A stretch of 64,000 nt of DNA from Opitutales bacterium (GCA_015061945.1 SUVP01000011.1:6572-70571); one strand, 5' to 3'. Counted from the first letter of the stretch, positions 19,101-29,695 are shown. The notes: generated from the sequence alone by a model not told the origin. Numbers and translations are program-made.

Positions 19101-20114
19101 ATGAATGGTGAATCTGAAAATAGAAAAGTAGTTTTAACTTGTGCTCAGCCAACTGGCAAATTGCATTTAGGTAATTATCTCGGTGCAGTCAAGAATTGGG
19201 TTGAAATGTCCGAAAAATATGAGTGCTATTTCGGCGTTGTAGATATGCACGCAATAACAATCCCATATGTACCTGCCGACCTCAAAAAAAATGTCTATGA
19301 GTGCACAGCTCAATATATGGCTTGCGGTCTCGATCCTGAAAAATGCAACCTTTTCCTCCAAAGCTCAATCGTCGGACACGCTGAACTTGCGTGGATTCTC
19401 GGCTGTATTTGTCCACTCGGTCAGCTCGAACGTATGACACAATACAAAGACAAAGCTTCAAAACATAAAGAAAATCTCAACAGTGGATTGCTCTACTACC
19501 CCGTTTTGATGGCTTCCGATATTCTCATTTATAATGCCGATGTTGTGCCTGTTGGTGAAGACCAAAAACAACATATCGAATTGACACGAGACCTCGCACA
19601 AAAATTCAATTCCAGATACTCCGATACTTTCAAAATTCCTGAACCATACATTCCACAAGCTGGTGCAAGAATTATGTCGTTGCAGACTCCAACATCAAAG
19701 ATGTCGAAGTCGGACCCTAACCAAAACGGCACGTTATATATTACTGATGACCCCGCTGTGCTTCGCAAAAAAATTATGTCGGCAGTTACAGACTCCGATA
19801 GCGAAGTTCGCTACGATATCGAAAATAAAGCTGGGGTATCAAATTTGATGAGCATTATGTCGGCTCTCTCTGGAAAGAGTTTTGACGATATTGAAACAGA
19901 ATTTAAAGGTAAAGGTTATGGCGATTTCAAGAAAGCTGTCGCCGATGTCGTAGTAGATGCTCTCGCACCTGTTCGCGAAAAATTCCTCGAAATTTCAGCC
20001 GATAAAAAACGCATTGAATCTGCCCTCGCAAAAGGTAATCAAGCTGCACAACGTCGAGTAAATCGCTTGATGTCGAAAGTGTATCGCAAGGTCGGCTTTA
20101 TGAGATTTGAATAA
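19101..20114 (+). CDS. trpS: Tryptophan--tRNA ligase
   Basis: QPTGKLHLGNYLG (HIGH-like), YPVLMASDIL, VPVGEDQKQH, KMSKS. Confidence 0.97.
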   Translation: MNGESENRKVVLTCAQPTGKLHLGNYLGAVKNWVEMSEKYECYFGVVDMHAITIPYVPADLKKNVYECTAQYMACGLDPEKCNLFLQSSIVGHAELAWILGCICPLGQLERMTQYKDKASKHKENLNSGLLYYPVLMASDILIYNADVVPVGEDQKQHIELTRDLAQKFNSRYSDTFKIPEPYIPQAGARIMSLQTPTSKMSKSDPNQNGTLYITDDPAVLRKKIMSAVTDSDSEVRYDIENKAGVSNLMSIMSALSGKSFDDIETEFKGKGYGDFKKAVADVVVDALAPVREKFLEISADKKRIESALAKGNQAAQRRVNRLMSKVYRKVGFMRFE

Positions 20115-20126
20115 TAAATAACAACT

Positions 20127-21608
20127 ATGAAAAACTCGAAAATACCGCTACTACCACTCTATATTGCCGATGCTGTTGTGATAGTCCTTGTACTCGCAAT
20201 CGCTCTTCCATCCGCATTTAGAGGAGAATCAATAAGCACAGCTCAAACAATTTTCTGTTGCTTGGCGGTATTGCTTTCGATGTTTGCGTTGCTCGTGCCA
20301 TACTTCTTGGAGTATAAAAAAGATATAGCAACAAAGTTTGAACATTCCGACGAAGCCCAAAAGAATTTTGAAATAATTTTTGACGATTTGTCGGCATTGA
20401 GAGACGCTCTTGCAGACCTCGTTGTAAGAGTCGAAAATGATGAAGAAAATTTTTCGGGTATAACTCAATTTGAAAAAAATCTTATCAATTTAAAAGACTC
20501 GGCAAAAAATAAATTTGTTGAATATAATGAGTCTATCGCAAGCTTGTCGGACTCTGTTTCAAAACTCGAAAGTGCCGTAAAAAACGCAAAAAACTCTCTT
20601 GAAGAAATCGGTGCAGACCTTGTTGTAATTAAAGAAATCGAACAGGCAAATAATGAATCTGTAAGCGAGCAAATCCAAAATCTACAAAACGAAATTGCGA
20701 ACTTGCAAAATAGCAAAGTCGATGATGCAAATGTCGATGTCGATGGTGAAATCGAAGAAGAAAAGTCAGCTCCACGTGCAAAAGTCGAAGTAGGACATTT
20801 GCTAAAACGTGCTTTGCAAAATGCCGATGACACAAAACAATCGGTAGAAAAATTTATATCGCGTAATACACCTGCTCAACAACAAGACGAAACTATTGTT
20901 GAAGAATCAACAGATGAAGTAAGCGAAGAAAAATCAGACGAAAGCCAAGAATTAGAAAATTCAGAACAACCACTTGAAAATATCGTCGAGTACGATGTTG
21001 TCGAAGAAGACAAAGATATTTCCGAAGATGAAATCGTAAACGATGTCGATGACGAAGCTGATTTTTTTGAATCAGCGGATTCGCCTAAAGACGATGTCGA
21101 ATCCGCAGACGATGAACATATAAACGCAAGCTCTCTCTTGGTGGCTGAACCACCCGATACAAACGCACTTTTAAAACGTTTCGATTCAGAATTTGAAATT
21201 AAACAAGCCGAAAAAAAACTGTCGAAACAAGAACACAAGAAAGAGAAAAAAAGTGATGTCGAAAAAGTAGAAACCGAAATGCTTTTCGACGACCTCCCTA
21301 TATCGCGAGGAAAAATTAAGCCCAAAAAAGGCGATACAGTAATAACCGTAAACGCACTTATCGGAATCGGCAATACTCCGTATTTGCGTGGCGATGGTGC
21401 CGGTCTCTCGCAAGATAAAGGTATTGCAATGCACTATGTTGAAATCGGCAAGTGGCAATACGTTATTACAGACCTCGACGAAACTCTGAATTTTTCTGTC
21501 CTGAAAAACGATATAACTTCACCTCAAGGCGAATCAAACTTCACAATCAACGCTGGCGAAAGAAAAGAATTAAACCTTTTCTTCCCGATGGAACAGGAAC
21601 TTTTTTAA
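20127..21608 (+). CDS. Hypothetical membrane protein: two TM helices, coiled coil, long acidic linker, small C-terminal beta-rich (CBM20-like) domain
   Basis: Hydrophobic stretches at about aa 7-30 and 40-62, heptad-like aa 70-200, D/E-rich aa 250-370, C-terminal [42 protein letters not shown]. Confidence 0.75.
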   Translation: MKNSKIPLLPLYIADAVVIVLVLAIALPSAFRGESISTAQTIFCCLAVLLSMFALLVPYFLEYKKDIATKFEHSDEAQKNFEIIFDDLSALRDALADLVVRVENDEENFSGITQFEKNLINLKDSAKNKFVEYNESIASLSDSVSKLESAVKNAKNSLEEIGADLVVIKEIEQANNESVSEQIQNLQNEIANLQNSKVDDANVDVDGEIEEEKSAPRAKVEVGHLLKRALQNADDTKQSVEKFISRNTPAQQQDETIVEESTDEVSEEKSDESQELENSEQPLENIVEYDVVEEDKDISEDEIVNDVDDEADFFESADSPKDDVESADDEHINASSLLVAEPPDTNALLKRFDSEFEIKQAEKKLSKQEHKKEKKSDVEKVETEMLFDDLPISRGKIKPKKGDTVITVNALIGIGNTPYLRGDGAGLSQDKGIAMHYVEIGKWQYVITDLDETLNFSVLKNDITSPQGESNFTINAGERKELNLFFPMEQELF

Positions 21609-21609
21609 T

Positions 21610-22371
21610 ATGTTAAGTGTAAGAATAATCCCATGTTTAGACGTCTGCAAAGGACGTGTAGTTAAAGGTGTTAACTTCGTCAATCTCATTGATGCTGGCG
21701 ACCCAGTCGAACAGGCAAAAGCCTACGAAGCACAAGGTGCCGACGAACTCGTGTTCCTCGATATCAACGCATCAAGCGAAAATCGTGGAATTATGCACGA
21801 AGTTGTCGAGCGTACTGCATCGCAATGCTTTATGCCATTGACTGTCGGTGGTGGCTTGAGAACTGTCGAAGACATCAGAAAAATGCTCAACGCTGGTGCC
21901 GACAAAGTATCGCTGAATACATCGGCTATCACAAACCCCGACCTCATTTCAGAAGCGTCTGCAAAGTTCGGCAACCAATGTATTGTTGTTGCAATCGACG
22001 CAAAACGTGATGGCGAAAACGGCTGGGCTGTTTATACTCACGGCGGTAGAAATAAGACCGACCTCGATGTAGTCGAGTGGGCAAAAGAAGTAGAACGTCG
22101 TGGAGCTGGCGAAATCTTGCTAACATCAATGGATTGCGACGGCACAAAAGACGGCTATGATATCGAGCTTACAAAAGCTGTCGCCGACGCTGTGCAAATT
22201 CCTGTAATCGCATCTGGCGGTGCTGGTACTTTGCAACATATGGTTGATGTCGTAAAAGACGCTGGTGCAAATGCAGTTCTTGCGGCATCGGTATTCCACT
22301 TCGGCACTTTCACTATCAAGCAAGTGAAAGACGCTCTCAACGAAGCTGGTATCCCAACTCGTAGCAAGTAA
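21610..22371 (+). CDS. hisF: Imidazole glycerol phosphate synthase subunit HisF
   Basis: [54 protein letters not shown]. Confidence 0.97.
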   Translation: MLSVRIIPCLDVCKGRVVKGVNFVNLIDAGDPVEQAKAYEAQGADELVFLDINASSENRGIMHEVVERTASQCFMPLTVGGGLRTVEDIRKMLNAGADKVSLNTSAITNPDLISEASAKFGNQCIVVAIDAKRDGENGWAVYTHGGRNKTDLDVVEWAKEVERRGAGEILLTSMDCDGTKDGYDIELTKAVADAVQIPVIASGGAGTLQHMVDVVKDAGANAVLAASVFHFGTFTIKQVKDALNEAGIPTRSK

Positions 22372-22395
22372 GATATTTTTACTTCAATAAAATTT

Positions 22396-22425
22396 AAGAC
22401 TCGGGGTTCTCCGAGTCTTTTTTTT
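22396..22425 (+). terminator. Intrinsic terminator after hisF
   Basis: aagactcgg-ggttct-ccgagtctt followed by a T run. Confidence 0.85.
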
Positions 22426-22441
22426 GCAACGCATAAATGGC

Positions 22442-22470
22442 TTGAAAAAAATCAAAAAATATCCGATAAA
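22442..22470 (+). promoter_or_regulatory. Possible sigma70-type promoter for the 6S RNA
   Basis: TTGAAA-N17-GATAAA ending about 8 nt before the predicted 5' end; the -10 match is weak. Confidence 0.35.
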
Positions 22471-22478
22471 AAACAATA

Positions 22479-22668
22479 GGAAATCCCTGCAGTGCTCGAT
22501 ACTGCCAACTCGGTTCCCATCCTTAATGACAATATTCAGGGAGCTTACCGCATTCGGTGGCTGTCAAGCCGTCTCGAATGGAAGGCAAAAGTCGAATCGG
22601 ACGCACCCACCTCGTTAAACGGAGGTTGTGTAACCAAACAGGTAAGGCGACACAGGTGGGGCTTTCCC
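22479..22668 (+). ncRNA. ssrS: 6S RNA
   Basis: About 190 nt with pairing ends (ggaaatccctg...caggtggggctttcc). Contains GGGAGC (22539-22544) and GCACCCACCT (22603-22612) followed by a small hairpin closing with GAGGTT, motifs I recall from Firmicute-type 6S RNAs. A T tract follows. Confidence 0.8.
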
Positions 22669-22712
22669 CTTTTTTTTATGCGTTTCGATAAATTTCTCGA
22701 AACGTATTTTGT

Positions 22713-23903
22713 TTAGAATATATCGGCTGGATTTGCGTTGCGGAGTTTACGGGTTGCCAAAAGCCCTGCAATAACACACATAGACAGAGAAAGTCCAAAA
22801 ACAACAAGCAGACTATTTATCGACATATATGTCGGCATTCCAGCAATCTCACGAGTCATCACATAGAGAATTTCTGCGAGCAATGCTCCGGGGATAAATC
22901 CCAAAAGCGAAAGGATAAACGACTCTTGAATTATTATCCCCACAAAAAATGAATCACCAAAACCGATTGCTTTCAAGGTCGCATATTCTGGAATATGGTC
23001 GGAAACATCGGTATACAAAATTTGGTAAACAATCACTGCCCCAACAAAAATCGCAACAGCCATTGATGCTCCGATAACAAAGCCAATCGGCGTACGTTCG
23101 CCCCAGTATGCTTTTTCAGATTTCACGAACTCGTCTTTCGTAAAAACTTTCATACTTTGGGGAAGTACTTTTTTTAGACGATTTGCTACGTCTTTCGGAT
23201 CTGCTCCTTTGCGTAATTTGAGAACGCCAACATCGGTTATCCCTGCTGGAGTGTGGCTCCAAAAACGTTCGAGCGTTGAAAGGCTCATAAGCACGTTGCC
23301 GTCGGCGGCAAAGGTAGGGCCTATCTTTATCAAGCCAGCTACGTCTGATTTTTGACCAGCAATTTCTGTGCGTACTTTTCCGTTTTTCTTAAATGCCCCC
23401 ACGACATCGCCATATTGCGAACGCGACAAACTATCAAACAAAACATCGCCATCTTTTTTTAATAGATTTTGTTGCAATTTGATATCATCCGATAGAAATA
23501 CATTTCGGGTTGGATCAAAAGCGATAAGAAAAATATCACGTTCAATACCGTCTTGAACATTTTTAAATGAACCACAGCCCAAGCGAACAGAATTAGCCTG
23601 TTCAACTTCGGGGATAGCTTTGCATTGGTGTAGAGTTACGTTTGCAAAACCTCGCCCTACCCCAAAATATTCGTAGTGAGGCGACACAACCATAACTTCG
23701 CCATCGAGCAATAGAATGGGTCCGACAACCTGTTTATAGAGTGCAGTTTGAAGTCCCATTTGAAAAAGCATCATAGCAACTGCAAATGTTATTCCAGCCA
23801 ATGCGACTGCAAAACGCTTACTTTCGGATGCGAGTTGAAGCCACGCAAGAGGAATTCCCAGTGGAATGATTTTTTCAAACAGACTTTTTTTACGCTGTTG
23901 CAC
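22713..23903 (-). CDS. DevC-like ABC transporter permease (MacB/FtsX family)
   Basis: PLAWLQLASESKRFAVALAGITFAV, FVGAVIVYQILYTDVSDHIPEYATLKAIG, ATRKLRNANPADIF. Confidence 0.9.
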   Translation of the reverse strand: MQQRKKSLFEKIIPLGIPLAWLQLASESKRFAVALAGITFAVAMMLFQMGLQTALYKQVVGPILLLDGEVMVVSPHYEYFGVGRGFANVTLHQCKAIPEVEQANSVRLGCGSFKNVQDGIERDIFLIAFDPTRNVFLSDDIKLQQNLLKKDGDVLFDSLSRSQYGDVVGAFKKNGKVRTEIAGQKSDVAGLIKIGPTFAADGNVLMSLSTLERFWSHTPAGITDVGVLKLRKGADPKDVANRLKKVLPQSMKVFTKDEFVKSEKAYWGERTPIGFVIGASMAVAIFVGAVIVYQILYTDVSDHIPEYATLKAIGFGDSFFVGIIIQESFILSLLGFIPGALLAEILYVMTREIAGMPTYMSINSLLVVFGLSLSMCVIAGLLATRKLRNANPADIF

Positions 23904-23904
23904 T

Positions 23905-24828
23905 TTACTTATTCAAAAGGATTCTTACCCCGACTTGTGAACCGATGAGATTTTGGAATTCGGCAGAATCGTTAAGCTTTATTTTTGCGATAACAACACG
24001 AGTGTTTGAATAATCGCTTGGGTCAGAGCTGAAAAGTTTGTTCGATTTCACATAGCCTGAAATCTGCACGACTGTTCCTGCAAAAGTTTTACCCTTGAGT
24101 GCGTCAGAAGTAATTTCAGCTTTATCGCCCTCTTTGATTTTTGCGATATCGGCAATGTAAACTTCGGCATCGACAAACATATTGCGAGTATTTGCAATTT
24201 CGCAAACGCCTTCCATACCGACTGCTTCGCCACGTTCAGTGTGCAGTTCAATTATTTCGCCAGAAATCGGAGAATAGAGAGTATATTCTGCATAATGTTT
24301 TTTCGACTCTTCGACAACTGCACGAGCCTCTGCCACAACATTTGCTTCGTTTGCTTCGACGAGTTTTAACATACCTTCAGCCTGTGAGATTTTTCGTGCG
24401 AGCGATTCTTGTTCGTATTCTAACTCTTCACGCTCACGACGTGGCGGATCCTTTTCATCCAAAATTCTTTTATTTTGGTTGAACGAACCTTTCATATCTT
24501 CAACAAGATTTTTCTGTTGCTGAATGCGAATTGCCGACGCTGTTTTTACAGCCGAAAGCACTGCTTCGGCACGTTCGAGCGATGCCTTTGCTTTATCGAT
24601 TCCGCAGAGGATTGCAATTGGTGCACCCGCTTCAACGAAGTCGCCCTTCTTAACAAAAATTTGTTTTATCACAACTTGCGAGCCAGCTGGAGAATTTGCT
24701 GTGAGCTTTGCGATTCTATCGCCAGGCACAACTTTCCCCATGCAAGCAACCGCATCAGAAGCGACCGCCTGAACTGCAAAAAACACCGATGCCAAAATCG
24801 GCAAGACCATTGAAGATATTTTTTTCAT
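23905..24828 (-). CDS. DevB-like periplasmic adaptor (HlyD family membrane fusion protein)
   Basis: Start reassigned to MKKISSMV. Lipoyl-like halves (QIFVKKGDFVEAG; SPISGEIIELHTERGEAV), helical hairpin, AEVYIADIAKIKEGDKAEI. Confidence 0.85.
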   Translation of the reverse strand: MKKISSMVLPILASVFFAVQAVASDAVACMGKVVPGDRIAKLTANSPAGSQVVIKQIFVKKGDFVEAGAPIAILCGIDKAKASLERAEAVLSAVKTASAIRIQQQKNLVEDMKGSFNQNKRILDEKDPPRREREELEYEQESLARKISQAEGMLKLVEANEANVVAEARAVVEESKKHYAEYTLYSPISGEIIELHTERGEAVGMEGVCEIANTRNMFVDAEVYIADIAKIKEGDKAEITSDALKGKTFAGTVVQISGYVKSNKLFSSDPSDYSNTRVVIAKIKLNDSAEFQNLIGSQVGVRILLNK

Positions 24829-24841
24829 ACTAAACACAATT

Positions 24842-27800
24842 TTATTTAAAGTACTTAACACCTGCCGAGAACAATGGCTGAATTTTATTTCCAGTGATGT
24901 TCTTGCCGACGTTATCGCCGAAGCGTTCGGTATGACCCATCTTGCCGAGTACAAGTCCGTCTGGGCTTGTGATACCTTCGATAGCGTGCAACGATCCGTT
25001 CGGATTAAATGGAATTGATGCACTCGGATTTCCGGAAGCGTCAACATATTGCGTTGCAATTTGTCCATTTGTAGCAAGCGTATCAATCACCGATTGTGGA
25101 GCGATAAATTTTCCTTCGCCGTGTGAAACTGGGATAACGTGTTCATCGCCAACTTGACAATCTGCCAACCATGGCGAGAGTGTACTTGCAACACGAGTGC
25201 GAACATAGCAACTGACGTGGCGAGCAATATTGTTATATGTAAGAGTTGGACTGTCTTCTTTCAGCTCACGAATTTCACCAAATGGAACAAGACCGAGTTT
25301 TATCAATGCTTGGAATCCGTTGCAAATACCCAAGATAAGCCCCTTGCGATCTTTCAACAAGCTCATTACAGCGTCAGTCAATGCTGGATTACGGAACACT
25401 GCCGCAATGAATTTGCCCGAACCTGCTGGTTCATCGCCAGCACTGAATCCGCCTGGAATCATCAAGATTTGCGACTGGTCGATAAGCTTTTTCATTTCTG
25501 CAATCGAGTATGCAACGTCTGCATCATTCATATTGCGGAACACAAAAGTTTTTGCAACCGCACCAGCTTTCTCAAATGCTTTTGCAGAATCGTATTCGCA
25601 ATTTGTTCCAGGGAAAACTGGAATGAACACTTGTGGCTTTGCAACCTTTGACGGAGCCACTGCAATATTTTTATTCACAAATGACGGCTTGAGAATTTCT
25701 CCATTCTGCGAGTCCTTTGCGAGTGTCGGGAAGATATTTTCGAGTGTACCATTCCATGCCTTGCGAAGTTCGTCGAGAGAAATTGTCGAACCTGCTGTCT
25801 TAATTTCTGCGTTTTCAATTGTCTTACCGAGTTTCTTTGCACCTGCGATTTCAGCACCACCTGCCAACTCGAGAACTATTGCACCATTATTGAGAGCAAA
25901 TACATCGCCATCAAAAGATGAATCAAATTCAAAGCCAATCGAGTTGCCGAACGCCATTTTTGCGACTGCTTCGGCGATACCACCAAAGCGAACAACACGA
26001 GCCGACAACACCTTACCCGATTTTATCGCCTCAAATATAGCACCATATTTTTGCATTGCATCGCTCCAATTTGGAACGAGTGTATCCGATGTTTCCACTT
26101 CGACAACCACGACATTCGAGCCAACTTTCTTAAATTCTGGCGAAGTTGCATAACGGACATCGCACGGACACATCGCAAAACTTACCAACGTTGGTGGAAC
26201 ATCAATATCATTAAATGAACCCGACATCGAGTCTTTACCACCAATTGACGCACAACCTGTTTGCATTTGAGCATCGAACGCACCGAGCAATGCTGAAAGA
26301 GGCTTGCCCCAACGGCTTGGATTATCACGCAACTTTTCAAAATATTCTTGGAATGTGAAACGGATTCTCGATACATCGCCACCTGATGATGCTATCTTTG
26401 CAACGCTTTCAAGCACTGCGTATTGAGCACCATGATATGGACTCCACTTTGAAATATTCGGATTAAAACCGAACGAGAACAATGTACCTGTGTTTGTTTC
26501 TCCCTTTACCAATGGGATTTTTGAGCACATTGCATCTGGTTGAGTTTCGAGATTTTTTCCACCGAATGGGTGAAGAACTGCACTCGCACCGATTGACGAG
26601 TCGAAGCGTTCAATCAAGCCACGTTGCGAGCAACAATTCAGCGATGAAAGCATATCTGTCCAAGCCGATTTATCGTCAGCCGATTTTCCAGATTTTTCAA
26701 ATGGTGTTGTTTCAGACGGAGCAACGATATTTGCACGTGATACTGCTGTCGTACCATTTGTGTCGAGGAAGTCGCGACGCAAGTTTACAATCGCATCGCC
26801 ATTCCATTTCATAACGAGTCTGCCAGTATCGGTTACGTTTGCAACGAGTGTGCATTCCAAATTTTCTTCTTCAGCAAACTTCTTGAATTTTTCGACATCA
26901 GCTGGTGAAACGACAACTGCCATTCTTTCTTGCGATTCAGAAATAGCCAACTCCGTGCCGTCAAGACCATTGTATTTCTTTGGCACTGCGTCGAGATTAA
27001 TTTCAAGCGAAGGTGCGAGTTCACCGATTGCAACCGACACACCACCTGCACCAAAGTCATTACAACGTTTGATAAGAATGCTCGCTTCTTTGTTTCTGAA
27101 TAGACGTTGAAGTTTGCGTTCCATTGGAGCATCGCCCTTTTGGACTTCGGCTGAATTTTCGAGTGCCTTTTCTGTGTGGTCTTTTGACGAACCTGTTGCA
27201 CCACCGATACCGTCGCGACCAGTACGACCACCTACAAGAAGGATTACATCGCCATTCGACGGAGTTCCACGATACACCATATTGCGTGGAGCTGCCGCTA
27301 CAACTGCACCAATTTCCATACGTTTTGCGACATACCCTTCGTCGTAAATTTCTGTAACTTGACCTGTCGCAAGACCGATTTGATTTCCGTAAGAGCTATA
27401 TCCATTTGCTGCTCCTGTTACGATTTTCTTTTGTGGAAGTTTTCCAGCCAACGTTTGCTCAAATGGAGTTCTGGGGTCTGCCGCACCTGTTACACGCATT
27501 GCTTGGTAAACATAGCTTCTGCCTGAAAGTGGATCACGGATTGCACCGCCAAGGCATGTTGCCGCACCGCCAAATGGTTCGATTTCAGTTGGGTGGTTGT
27601 GTGTTTCGTTCTTGAACATCACAAGCCATTCTTGGTCTTCGCCGTCGACATCAACATTTACAACAATACTTGCTGCGTTGATTTCTTCGCTTTCTTCGAG
27701 GTCATCAAGCTTGCCAGCTTTGCGAAGTGCACGCATACCGATAAGTGCGACGTCCATAAGACAAATTTGTTTGCCACGTTCGTCGAGCTTTAATTCAGTA

Positions 27801-28576
27801 CGAGTTTGCAAATATTTATTCCATGATTCTTCGATTGGTGCAGAGAATTTTCCCGACTGGATTTTTACATCTTCGAGATGAGTGAGGAATGTTGTGTGTC
27901 GGCAGTGGTCGCTCCAGTAAGTATCGAGCACTTTAATTTCGGTAATAGATGGGTCGCGTTTTTCTGTGTTTACGAAGTAATCACGACAGAACGCAAGGTC
28001 TTTCACTGACATTGCAAGCGACATCTTTTTATGGAGTTTGGCAACTTCATCGTCCGACATATTTATAAAGCCTTCGATTCTCGCAACTGGTGGCGGAGTC
28101 TTCGCTTCACGTGCGAGTGTTTCAGGCTTTTCGAGAGATGCTTCTCTGCTATCGACTGCGTTAATCAAATATTTCTTAATCTTGTCAACATTTTCAGGCG
28201 ACACACCAGCACCGAGAACATACACTCTTGCACATGCGACATTCGGGCGTGTCTTTGCGACAATTTGAACGCACTGCTCTGCCGAGTCTGCACGTTGGTC
28301 AAATTGTCCTGGGAGATATTCGACGGCAAAAACGATGTCTCCGTCTGATGTTGGGAAAGACTCCTCGTAAATATTTTCTACGGGAGCTTCACAAAAAATT
28401 AAATTCTTCACTGCGTCAAATTGAGCATCGTCGATACCTTCTATATCATATCTTTGCAAGATGCGAACCGAAGGAATTTCGATATTTAAGTTGCCTCTCA
28501 AATCATTGAGAAGCGATGTTGACGAGTGGCTATTTTTATCTTCTACAAATACTCTGCGAATCATTCTTTCAAGCAT
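24842..28576 (-). CDS. purL: Phosphoribosylformylglycinamidine synthase, single-chain large form
   Basis: YWSDHCRHTTF, KNETHNHPTEIEPFGGAATC, DFGAGG, ESQERM, IGGKDSMSG, C-terminal glutaminase domain FPGTNCEYD...PGGFSAGD...GICNGFQ...GKMGHTER. Confidence 0.96.
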   Translation of the reverse strand: MLERMIRRVFVEDKNSHSSTSLLNDLRGNLNIEIPSVRILQRYDIEGIDDAQFDAVKNLIFCEAPVENIYEESFPTSDGDIVFAVEYLPGQFDQRADSAEQCVQIVAKTRPNVACARVYVLGAGVSPENVDKIKKYLINAVDSREASLEKPETLAREAKTPPPVARIEGFINMSDDEVAKLHKKMSLAMSVKDLAFCRDYFVNTEKRDPSITEIKVLDTYWSDHCRHTTFLTHLEDVKIQSGKFSAPIEESWNKYLQTRTELKLDERGKQICLMDVALIGMRALRKAGKLDDLEESEEINAASIVVNVDVDGEDQEWLVMFKNETHNHPTEIEPFGGAATCLGGAIRDPLSGRSYVYQAMRVTGAADPRTPFEQTLAGKLPQKKIVTGAANGYSSYGNQIGLATGQVTEIYDEGYVAKRMEIGAVVAAAPRNMVYRGTPSNGDVILLVGGRTGRDGIGGATGSSKDHTEKALENSAEVQKGDAPMERKLQRLFRNKEASILIKRCNDFGAGGVSVAIGELAPSLEINLDAVPKKYNGLDGTELAISESQERMAVVVSPADVEKFKKFAEEENLECTLVANVTDTGRLVMKWNGDAIVNLRRDFLDTNGTTAVSRANIVAPSETTPFEKSGKSADDKSAWTDMLSSLNCCSQRGLIERFDSSIGASAVLHPFGGKNLETQPDAMCSKIPLVKGETNTGTLFSFGFNPNISKWSPYHGAQYAVLESVAKIASSGGDVSRIRFTFQEYFEKLRDNPSRWGKPLSALLGAFDAQMQTGCASIGGKDSMSGSFNDIDVPPTLVSFAMCPCDVRYATSPEFKKVGSNVVVVEVETSDTLVPNWSDAMQKYGAIFEAIKSGKVLSARVVRFGGIAEAVAKMAFGNSIGFEFDSSFDGDVFALNNGAIVLELAGGAEIAGAKKLGKTIENAEIKTAGSTISLDELRKAWNGTLENIFPTLAKDSQNGEILKPSFVNKNIAVAPSKVAKPQVFIPVFPGTNCEYDSAKAFEKAGAVAKTFVFRNMNDADVAYSIAEMKKLIDQSQILMIPGGFSAGDEPAGSGKFIAAVFRNPALTDAVMSLLKDRKGLILGICNGFQALIKLGLVPFGEIRELKEDSPTLTYNNIARHVSCYVRTRVASTLSPWLADCQVGDEHVIPVSHGEGKFIAPQSVIDTLATNGQIATQYVDASGNPSASIPFNPNGSLHAIEGITSPDGLVLGKMGHTERFGDNVGKNITGNKIQPLFSAGVKYFK

Positions 28577-28678
28577 TTCAGAATCTCAATTTTTCGCAAT
28601 TCTTTTCTTCAAAAAAAAACATATTATTTTTTATAGAAAAATCTTTCTTTAAATCTGCAAATCTGTTAGAGAAAGAGT

Positions 28679-29599
28679 ATGTTAAAAAATTATTCACTCG
28701 CACTCATATCAATATTAATTTTTGCGACAATTTCGCAAGCACGCATAACCTCTTTAGGCGAACCTGCTAAATTCGGTATTGCTCCCGATCCACAAGCTTG
28801 GGATGAAATAAATCCACACACTTGGGATGTCTTTACGACTTTCGATTCCGAAGAAATTTTCGGAGTAAATCAAGATAGAGAAACAATTATCACAACAGAA
28901 TTTTATTCGACTGGCGTTATGGAAGGTCGCAAGGTTGGCGATATTACCGCAGTTGCATCGTTGACAGATAGAGGTGCATTCTTCGGGGGCGACGGGTATC
29001 TCGATCTCTATTATTTTGCACCTGTTGATGCCAGCAAATACGCTCAACAAATTGTGATGTTTGGCGGTTGGAAATATAACCTCACAAAACATCTGCATAT
29101 TGATCTCGGCGGAAATCTCGTTTATTCGACAAAACGTACGGTTGGTCCAGGTATGGTTGTCGAAGGTATGGGAGGCGAAACTTTCCGAGGCGATGTTTAT
29201 GTGTCGCTTTCAACTAACAAATTTTATGCCGATCCATTTGTGCTCATCGCATACGACCCAACTTTCGACGCATCTAAATTCATCGCCGGTTTTAATCCGA
29301 TAATGGACTTATCGCCTTGGATTAAAATCGACGGATTCACTCTTGAAATGCAATGTATTGCCGGCTATGTAAGAGCTCAACGCTTCTCTGGTCGCGAGAT
29401 TTCAACTGGCGGATATTGGCGAAACTCTTACGCATTCATCCAAACAGAAGCAAACCTTGTTTATAGATTTAAACATTTGCGTACATTTATCGGAATCGGT
29501 TGGGCTATTCACAACGACGGCGAAGTTGCACCAAATGGAGAATCGATGGGCAACGATAATAATGTTTGGGTCGGCGGTGGAATCGGTTGGGTATTTTAA
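28679..29599 (+). CDS. Putative outer-membrane beta-barrel protein
   Basis: Signal peptide, alternating aromatic/Gly-rich strands, C-terminal VWVGGGIGWVF ending in Phe. Confidence 0.65.
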   Translation: MLKNYSLALISILIFATISQARITSLGEPAKFGIAPDPQAWDEINPHTWDVFTTFDSEEIFGVNQDRETIITTEFYSTGVMEGRKVGDITAVASLTDRGAFFGGDGYLDLYYFAPVDASKYAQQIVMFGGWKYNLTKHLHIDLGGNLVYSTKRTVGPGMVVEGMGGETFRGDVYVSLSTNKFYADPFVLIAYDPTFDASKFIAGFNPIMDLSPWIKIDGFTLEMQCIAGYVRAQRFSGREISTGGYWRNSYAFIQTEANLVYRFKHLRTFIGIGWAIHNDGEVAPNGESMGNDNNVWVGGGIGWVF

Positions 29600-29632
29600 T
29601 TCACAATCACCATTGACGATAATTTACTACAC

Positions 29633-29665
29633 AAAAATCCCTCCAAATTTGGAGGGATTTTTTTT
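29633..29665. terminator. Bidirectional intrinsic terminator
   Basis: aaaaatccctcc-aaattt-ggagggattttt between convergent genes. Confidence 0.85.
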
Positions 29666-29695
29666 ACCTTTTTAAAGCTGTTTCAAAAATCAATT

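Noticed and set aside
22424-22716. ORFs 22424..22618 and 22492..22716
   Set aside because: They overlap the structured 6S-like RNA, have no homology cues and run through terminator-like sequence
24829-25086. 86-aa N-terminal extension of the DevB-like ORF
   Set aside because: It overlaps the purL 3' end; the signal-like hydrophobic start at 24828 is more plausible
25139-27881. Long antisense ORFs opposite purL (e.g. 25230..26153, 307 aa) and opposite other core genes
   Set aside because: They are explained by codon bias of the sense gene, which leaves few stops in the antisense frame; they are Ser/Ala/Pro-rich with no motifs
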